Part shown: positions 25,170-31,303 of the stretch, one piece after another
Layout of the letters: the number at the start of each line of letters is the position of its first letter
Numbering within the stretch: position 1 is the first letter of the stretch
Source of the DNA: a virus
Taxonomy: Duplodnaviria > Caudoviricetes
Reading direction: 5' to 3' (one strand)
IMG/VR virus record: IMGVR_UViG_3300030397_000744
Coordinates: 1-31,303 of that record
DNA: 31,303 nt
The notes under the pieces: model-generated
Told to the model about the DNA's origin: nothing
Database searches by the model: none
Seen by the model: only the letters and a program-made list of their open reading frames with translations
Translations under genes and position numbers: made by a program

Positions 25170-27176
25170 CTATGCTCCAGGGTTCTTGTAAAATCCACGG
25201 TAATCTAAAGGAGTACCACCAATAAAATATTTACATTTGATTTTGATGCCATCAGTATCAAAATCTTCTTTTACTTGGATAGTTGGTCCACGCATACCAT
25301 CCAAAGTAACCATTTTTACCATAGGTATTTGCGCAGACGATGCAAAAAGATACCATGCAGTAGCACTGTCATCACCAAGTCTGTGCTCAACAACAATATC
25401 CATAGTGCCACGAAAAGGATTACCATTTGCGTTATCATCTGCTGTTTGGCGAACATTGATTGCAAGAAACTGCTCTGCTACTGTTTCGTTTTCTGGTCCA
25501 ACAACTAAATGAGTAGGGCGAATACGAACTTTTCTGTCAGTATTTTTGTTTAATTTAGGCTGCTTTCTCATTACTTCTCGGCCTTTGCCTATGGTTGCAA
25601 TTGCAATTGCACCACCTGATGCAGCTAGATTTCCATGACCTGTACTGCCGCTAAACAAAGTTTTTCCTGTTGTAGAAAGTGTCGGATTTCCAGTAATAAA
25701 CCCCCAGAAAATATCGCTCTCTAGTTCAGCAGCTTCTTTTCCAAATTCACTTTGTACACGACTAAAAGCGTCTAGCTGATCATTGATAATTACAATATCT
25801 GTAACAATTACAGAGTTACCATATTTTTCAGCTTTGTATTTCTCTCCGCCCTCATCGATTGTTCCGCTTTTATACTCTTCACCTTCTGACATCTTTTTCA
25901 ATTTTGGAGCTTCACCAAATTGAACGCTAGAAGCTTGTTTTAGGTCAGATACTGTACCCCATTGAACAAAAGGAGAAAAAGTTTGTTCTATGCTGTCATA
26001 TCCGTCGCGAAGAGATATTTCGGAGATGTTTTCGAGGATAAGAGGAAAATCGGTTGTATGATGTAGAGCTCTACTAGCAATCCATTGATTGGATTTTCCT
26101 CGGGTGCTTTGTCCAGTAGCCTCTAAGCACTCTTTTGCAACATCAATCAATTTGAAGTAACGAAATTCTTGTTCTTTTCCTTCAAGTTTGTATTTGCGAG
26201 GGTTACTTCTAACAAGCAAAGCTTTTTCCATCAATTTACGAATTTCTGTTGTATCAGGATCACCAACACTTTCTATTTGTGTGTGATTTTTGATAGTTTT
26301 TGTCTTTTCTGAAGCTTTTTTGATGATGATTCCTCTTGCTTCATGTACTGAAACATCATCATCAATCAACTTTTGTGCAAAATCATTTTCCAGTTTTAAT
26401 CCTTTGCAGGCTAATCGGATTTGACTTTGTCTTTCCTTCTCTGCTTCTCTCGCCTCTAATTTCGCTTTTTCTAAATCATCAGCAGATAAAACAGTATCAG
26501 GAGTCTCCTGTGATTTTTGTTGAACTTTAGGTTCTACAGGATCACTTGGAGGTGTCTTTGTTGTGTCCAAACTAACACTCCTTTGTTTAAAGTTTTCGAT
26601 AATTACACTGTGTTTTTTTGATTCTTTTGATCTTATTTGTGCGTTAGGATCAGCACCTATAGGAACAAGTGAAACTTCGTAGGGCTCCCAGTCTACCGCA
26701 AGTAAAACTCTCTTTTCTATAACACCTTTATCATCTACGGGAGAAATATCTTGGTATCTGTGGACAATGTATCCAACCGACACATTAGGCAAAATACCAT
26801 CTTCGATATCTTGACGTTTTTCTGATAATGACTCTCTGTTTGACATTTGTATGTCACAAATTCCTTGATTAGTCTCTAGTTTTGCAGAATTTCTAACAAC
26901 AACACCAAGAACATTCTCAGTTCCACCCCAAGTTCTATGATCGTCAAGGAAAGGAGCCCCATTGTTTAAGCGATCCATCCGAACATGATCAGGATCCATA
27001 GAAAGAATTTCTTCATATTCTTCCCAGAAACCTCGCATAACAGGTGTATTCGTAGTAAAAACTACAGAAAATGTTCTTTTTTCCTTGTCATAACTACCGG
27101 GTTTTACACTAGCTCTTACTGAAAGCTCTGGAAATTCCTTTGTTATCTGTTTTTGTTCCGTTGCCATTGTTTCCAT
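25170..27176 (-). CDS. Prohead protease-major capsid fusion protein
   Basis: Protease motifs PFLDDH, VSVGY, WEPYEVSLVPIGAD; scaffold-like linker; capsid motifs DFPLIL, IINDQL.AF, DYRGFYKNPG. Confidence 0.92.
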   Translation of the reverse strand: METMATEQKQITKEFPELSVRASVKPGSYDKEKRTFSVVFTTNTPVMRGFWEEYEEILSMDPDHVRMDRLNNGAPFLDDHRTWGGTENVLGVVVRNSAKLETNQGICDIQMSNRESLSEKRQDIEDGILPNVSVGYIVHRYQDISPVDDKGVIEKRVLLAVDWEPYEVSLVPIGADPNAQIRSKESKKHSVIIENFKQRSVSLDTTKTPPSDPVEPKVQQKSQETPDTVLSADDLEKAKLEAREAEKERQSQIRLACKGLKLENDFAQKLIDDDVSVHEARGIIIKKASEKTKTIKNHTQIESVGDPDTTEIRKLMEKALLVRSNPRKYKLEGKEQEFRYFKLIDVAKECLEATGQSTRGKSNQWIASRALHHTTDFPLILENISEISLRDGYDSIEQTFSPFVQWGTVSDLKQASSVQFGEAPKLKKMSEGEEYKSGTIDEGGEKYKAEKYGNSVIVTDIVIINDQLDAFSRVQSEFGKEAAELESDIFWGFITGNPTLSTTGKTLFSGSTGHGNLAASGGAIAIATIGKGREVMRKQPKLNKNTDRKVRIRPTHLVVGPENETVAEQFLAINVRQTADDNANGNPFRGTMDIVVEHRLGDDSATAWYLFASSAQIPMVKMVTLDGMRGPTIQVKEDFDTDGIKIKCKYFIGGTPLDYRGFYKNPGA

Positions 27177-28635
27177 TACTATTCTCCACGTTGAAAACAG
27201 AGTTTACTAATGTGTCAAAATTTAGCCCTAGAGATTCGATTTTCTTTTTGTCTTCTGCATACTGCTTAATGATTTCATCAAAATCATAACCAAGCTCTCC
27301 TAGAGCTTGACTTAGAGGTTTTAATCCACCTTTTATTTGGCTTTTTATAGCGTTAGTTTCTTTTGATGGTTCTATAAATTCTTTTTTAGGAGGATTCCAT
27401 TCCATAGGGGTTTTTTTATCTGAAAAAGGTACTATTCCAGCAAGCTCTGCTGCTTCTTCAAACCAACAACCTATTTTAATTAGAGATTGAGGTATGATCA
27501 TTTGCCACTGCCATTGGTTGACATTTTCATACATGAAATTCTGTCCAATTTTGGCACTTGAAAAATTAACCTGAGATAAATCACCAAGGCTTTCGTAAGA
27601 AATGCCAACGCCTGCCGACATTCTTTGTTTTTGACCTCGTGTATATTCTCCATAACCTTCAACCCCTGGAGGTGTTGGGAAAACTATGTCTTTTCCTGGA
27701 GGAAGAGCCTCAATTATTCCAGGAGCAACCTCTTTGATTAGCTCAAATTTTCCATCCTGGTCTTCTGGAAAAGCCATATCTTTCACAAATCCAGCCCAAC
27801 AAGCAGCAATTTTTTGTCTTGTTAGATGTGCATCTTCGTATTCACCAAAACTTTTAGCAGTAACATAAGTTATTACTATCCAAGGTACTGCATGTATTTG
27901 ACCAGGACGTTCGATATCATATACATAGCAAAATTCATCTTTATCAAATCTGGTGCTTTCAAAATTTCTTAATATTGTGGGGTGAGTTTCTCCAGGGTGT
28001 TGGTCGTACATCCAATAAGCAACTTTTTTACCCTCTTTTGTGAACTCAACGCCTTGCTTTATGTAGTTGCTATCTCTTGTTTCAATACCTTCGTTGCGAG
28101 ATATATCAATGAAATCAGGCTCTAATACCTTTAATTCAAGTGGTACTATTTCATAATTAGTGGTTCTAATTCTCTGGACAAGGCAGCTACCAGACTCAAA
28201 AGTTGTTCCCATGATCAATTTTTGGATGCCATAAAAATCTAAATTTCCATCAAAATCTATGTTTGATGACTTTATCCATTGGTTCCAAGCATCGTTTAGT
28301 GCTCTAGATCTTGGAGTATCTCCCATAAATCTTCCAGTGATACCAAAACCTATAACACTAGAAACAACTGTTCTTTTTGCCTTTTTAGCATACTCATCGT
28401 TTCTTATGATATGCCTAGATCTTTGCCGTAATCTATGCAAAGCTGGGCCTATCTGAGAATTTACACCGCTTGGGCCTGTCTTGATATTTTTCAAACGTTC
28501 TCGAGTACTTGCAGCGTTATAACTTCTTAAATATTCACAAGTTATTCTTGCTTTATATCGATCTCTCGCGTAACTTGGAGCGAAATATTCGATAGCTCGA
28601 TCTATAAAATTTGCGTTTTTTATGCCTTTTGACAC
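27109..28635 (-). CDS. Portal protein, lambda family
   Basis: LRQRSR..IRN, L.L.VLEPDF, ERPGQ, G.SYE.L.DLSQVNFSS motifs; GTG start. Confidence 0.93.
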   Translation of the reverse strand: MSKGIKNANFIDRAIEYFAPSYARDRYKARITCEYLRSYNAASTRERLKNIKTGPSGVNSQIGPALHRLRQRSRHIIRNDEYAKKAKRTVVSSVIGFGITGRFMGDTPRSRALNDAWNQWIKSSNIDFDGNLDFYGIQKLIMGTTFESGSCLVQRIRTTNYEIVPLELKVLEPDFIDISRNEGIETRDSNYIKQGVEFTKEGKKVAYWMYDQHPGETHPTILRNFESTRFDKDEFCYVYDIERPGQIHAVPWIVITYVTAKSFGEYEDAHLTRQKIAACWAGFVKDMAFPEDQDGKFELIKEVAPGIIEALPPGKDIVFPTPPGVEGYGEYTRGQKQRMSAGVGISYESLGDLSQVNFSSAKIGQNFMYENVNQWQWQMIIPQSLIKIGCWFEEAAELAGIVPFSDKKTPMEWNPPKKEFIEPSKETNAIKSQIKGGLKPLSQALGELGYDFDEIIKQYAEDKKKIESLGLNFDTLVNSVFNVENSNGNNGNGTKTDNKGISRAFSKS

Positions 28636-28848
28636 TTAGAAACCTCTGTCAAATGATGGATTTGAACGTATTCCATAACCTTTACCAGAACTTACTCTAC
28701 ATTTAGATTCTAATGATGCTATAGCACTAGCCATCTCTTGGTCAGATTTGTACTCGATTGTCTGGCCATTGAGAGTTATCTTTCTTATTCCAGATGCCCT
28801 AGCACTTTTTAACTCATCTAAAAGGGCTTGATCATTAGATGTACTCAT
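28636..28848 (-). CDS. Head-tail adaptor gpW-like
   Basis: 70 aa between terL and portal; A.ASG...I..NG.TIEY.S..EM motif. Confidence 0.85.
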   Translation of the reverse strand: MSTSNDQALLDELKSARASGIRKITLNGQTIEYKSDQEMASAIASLESKCRVSSGKGYGIRSNPSFDRGF

Positions 28849-30773
28849 TACAAATAGCCTCCAGAATCCTTTTTAATTATGGTCAATTTACCTTTTTTCG
28901 ATATTGCGAGATCACACTCGCTTTCTATTTCTATCCATCTTTGTTCGTCGAATCTGTCTATTCCAGCTAAACAAGATGCTGCGCGGTTGTATACTCTGCA
29001 ATCAAGAGCTTCGTTTCTTTCCCGTTTTTTCTTCCATATATATTTGTAATAACCTTTTTTGTCTTTTTCCTTATGCTGCTCTTCTGCTGTAAGTTCCAAG
29101 AAGAAATCTTGGTCATACTCTGGAAAATGACAAAAACCAAAAGGGAAACCCTGATCTTTCTCAAGTGGTTCTTTCTGTCTTAAGAATCCAAATAGCTCTG
29201 ACTTTGCTTTGTCTACTCCAACAGGGTAAGAATTCATTGAAGATATCTTATGGTTTTTACCCTTCTTAGCATCTACTCTTCCAGGACTACCAATTATTTG
29301 CCGCTGTCCTGGGTTACCAAAAACGGGAACAACTTTAGAACGGGAATATTTTCTACACCAGTTTTGGACGATGGCTGTGTTATGTCCTGAGTCAATACAG
29401 AATTTTCTTAATCCAACTGAAGCACCTCTGTGGTTTTTCCAGGTTTTGCAAACCAATCTATCAAGTTTATCCCACACTTCACTTTGTGTGGTGTCACCAT
29501 GAAGTATCACATACTCAACAGACCAGGTCTCAAAATTACGACCCCAAGCAACTATCTCTACATGGATCCTATCGCTTTGAACGTCTGCCCCACCTGTGAG
29601 AAACAATCCACCTTTGGGTATGCTTCCAAACGGGTAGCTTTCACGTCTTCTGTAAAGTACTTCCCAGTCTGGAGCATCACCAACGATTTCAAAGGTTTCA
29701 CCTAGCACAGTGTTCACAAATACCATCAGCTCATCTGGGTTGTCTTTTTTATCTATAAATTCGGAAACAATCTCAGATAGCTTTCTGAATTGAGAACAAA
29801 GTTCGTTTAGTTGAAAACCAGCAACACCACGAAAAGGTTCTTCTGCAATCCACTTAGCAGATTGCAAAACTCTCCATCTTTCCCCATCGTACATTTCATG
29901 TTTGCATTTCTCATTTATACAAACATACCTAGCAGTTTCAGGAAGATAACGTTTCTTACCTTCAACAATTTCATGATCCCAAACTACTGTGTCTTCACTC
30001 CATTTAACGACCTGCCAAGTACTACACTTCTCGCATTTGATGTGCTGTTTTCTTTTGTCACTTCTGTTGTAGGATCTTTCTATTCGAGAAACATCTTTGA
30101 TCGTGGGAGTAGAAACTTTAACAATCTTTCTTCTAGAAAATGTAGCTGTTCTCTTTTCTGCAATGGAAACCGGATCACCTTCGGAAGTAGTTTCCATCCT
30201 ATCAACTTCATCTATAAGAAGATTCTTGATTGGCCTACTTGCTAACTGGCTAGGTGAGTTACTACCTGCCAAAGTGAGATGACCTCCTGGAAAAACTTTA
30301 TGCAAAATAGTATTTCCATTGGATTTAGTTTTTAGGTCAATCTTTTCCCACAATTTTTGGCAGTCACGAATCATTGGGAAAATTCTGTCTTTGCTGTAGT
30401 CTTCAGCCATCTTAATCGATGGTTGTAACATTAAAGTAGGAGCCGGATCTATATCAACAATGTACCCTATGGTATTGTTAAGTATTTCCGACTTTCCAAC
30501 TTGCGCACAAGACATAACGACGATCTCTTTCACAGAGTCATCTGTAAAACATTCCATGATTTCCTGTAGGTACGGAGCACGATAATGCTTCCACTTTCCA
30601 GGTTCAGCAGAACATTCTGGGGAAAGTATTCTGTATTTTTCCGACCACTCAGCGACGCTTATGTCTTCCGGTGGTTCAAGTTTTTTCAAAGATCGAATGA
30701 AAATTTGCTCTATAGCATTGAATTTATTTTTTTTCTTCTTCTTCTTTTTCTTCAATGCCTTCATATATCGCAA
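28848..30773 (-). CDS. terL: Terminase large subunit, GpA family
   Basis: AQVGKSE (Walker A), LLIDEVD (Walker B), VSTPT, F.NTVLGE, GADVQ, RNEALDC. The start may be the ATG at 30764. Confidence 0.95.
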   Translation of the reverse strand: MRYMKALKKKKKKKKNKFNAIEQIFIRSLKKLEPPEDISVAEWSEKYRILSPECSAEPGKWKHYRAPYLQEIMECFTDDSVKEIVVMSCAQVGKSEILNNTIGYIVDIDPAPTLMLQPSIKMAEDYSKDRIFPMIRDCQKLWEKIDLKTKSNGNTILHKVFPGGHLTLAGSNSPSQLASRPIKNLLIDEVDRMETTSEGDPVSIAEKRTATFSRRKIVKVSTPTIKDVSRIERSYNRSDKRKQHIKCEKCSTWQVVKWSEDTVVWDHEIVEGKKRYLPETARYVCINEKCKHEMYDGERWRVLQSAKWIAEEPFRGVAGFQLNELCSQFRKLSEIVSEFIDKKDNPDELMVFVNTVLGETFEIVGDAPDWEVLYRRRESYPFGSIPKGGLFLTGGADVQSDRIHVEIVAWGRNFETWSVEYVILHGDTTQSEVWDKLDRLVCKTWKNHRGASVGLRKFCIDSGHNTAIVQNWCRKYSRSKVVPVFGNPGQRQIIGSPGRVDAKKGKNHKISSMNSYPVGVDKAKSELFGFLRQKEPLEKDQGFPFGFCHFPEYDQDFFLELTAEEQHKEKDKKGYYKYIWKKKRERNEALDCRVYNRAASCLAGIDRFDEQRWIEIESECDLAISKKGKLTIIKKDSGGYL

Positions 30774-31205
30774 GCTCTTTCAGCATTTCGTATACTAGGT
30801 TTTTTATAAATGCTCTTGTTTCTTTTTCTCCCTGCAATGATTGCAAAGAATTTGTAATTCTATCAGGCAAAGACAAAGCGCGTTCTTTGAAGCGAACCAT
30901 AGCAGATTCCCAAAATGGTTCAACTTCGCTTGCTTTGATTAAAATTTTTTTAGATTCATCAACTTGAATTTTTTTTAGCTGAGTTTCAAATTTTAGTTTT
31001 TGAGTTCTCTGTCTAGCTTCTTTTGCTCTCTCTTGTTCCAGAGAAAGATCTGATTTGTTCTTCTTTTTTTCGCCGCGCTTTTGTTCTAGGTATTGAACAA
31101 CTTCAGGAAGATAATAAAAAATTTCTTTCTTGTTTCGTTTTACGGGCTCAATTTTCCATCGGCTAACAGAGGAGCTGTTGGCCAGGCCAAAAATTTTTGT
31201 AATGT
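30724..31205 (-). CDS. terS: Terminase small subunit (Nu1-like), native 5' end missing
   Basis: HTH-like DITKIFGLANSSSVSRWK, YYLPEVVQY, and an ERAKE coiled coil; directly upstream of terL. The first residues in the ORF track come from the duplicated segment. Confidence 0.8.
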
Positions 31206-31303
31206 CAGATTGCAAAACTCTCCATCTTTCCCCATCGTACATTTCATGTTTGCATTTCTCATTTATACAAACATACCTAGCAGTTTCAGGAAGATAACGT
31301 TTC
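31206..31303 (+). repeat. Exact 98-bp direct copy of 29858..29955 (internal terL); probable chimera
   Basis: Base-by-base identity from CAGATTGCAAAAC to GATAACGTTTC; located at the contig end. Confidence 0.92.

Noticed and set aside
30724-30773. Poly-Lys N-terminus of terL as a localisation signal
   Set aside because: It arises from overlap with the GAA-rich Glu tail of terS read in another frame.
619-30967. Plus-strand ORFs in the track (e.g. 3800-4471, 13889-14674, 19755-20414)
   Set aside because: They are antisense shadows of well-supported minus-strand genes, with Ser/Phe/Leu-rich composition and no RBS noted.
29858-31303. 98-bp duplication as a DGR template/variable repeat or terminal repeat
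   Set aside because: The copies are identical with no adenine-specific changes, no reverse transcriptase is present, and the partner copy is internal rather than at the opposite end.
31299-31303. GTTTC shared by the last and first five bases, suggesting circularity
   Set aside because: Only 5 nt; one copy is primer and the other is duplicated terL sequence.

Overview
A 31.3-kb partial genome of a tailed dsDNA phage of siphovirus type, with essentially all real genes on the minus strand. From right to left: lambda-like DNA packaging (terS fragment, GpA-type terL, gpW, lambda-family portal), a protease-major capsid fusion, a tandem DUF2190 cement protein, neck and tail-tube genes, a G/GT-type tail chaperone, a TP901-type tape measure, and a tail-tip module resembling D3112/YuA-like phages (with BR0599, NlpC/P60, J-like and DUF2793 genes). 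Where a lysis cassette is expected there is no recognisable endolysin. Instead there is a membrane protein, a Hanks-type Ser/Thr kinase, a lipoprotein and an intact type IV pilin-like gene with its own terminator. The left 5.7 kb is an early-type region with two TTGCAA-N16-TATAAT promoters, an HTH/coiled-coil protein and a Sak4-like AAA ATPase. It also holds a ~300-nt highly structured non-coding segment with three hairpins sharing a CCUAUA(A/C) loop on unrelated stems, and a micro-gene array punctuated by three copies of a covarying hairpin-RBS-ATG element. Both contig ends look artefactual: a random-amplification primer tag at 1-17 and an exact 98-bp copy of terL sequence at the right end. 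No integrase, repressor, polymerase, tRNA or CRISPR array was seen. Family assignments come from motif recognition and gene order, not database searches.
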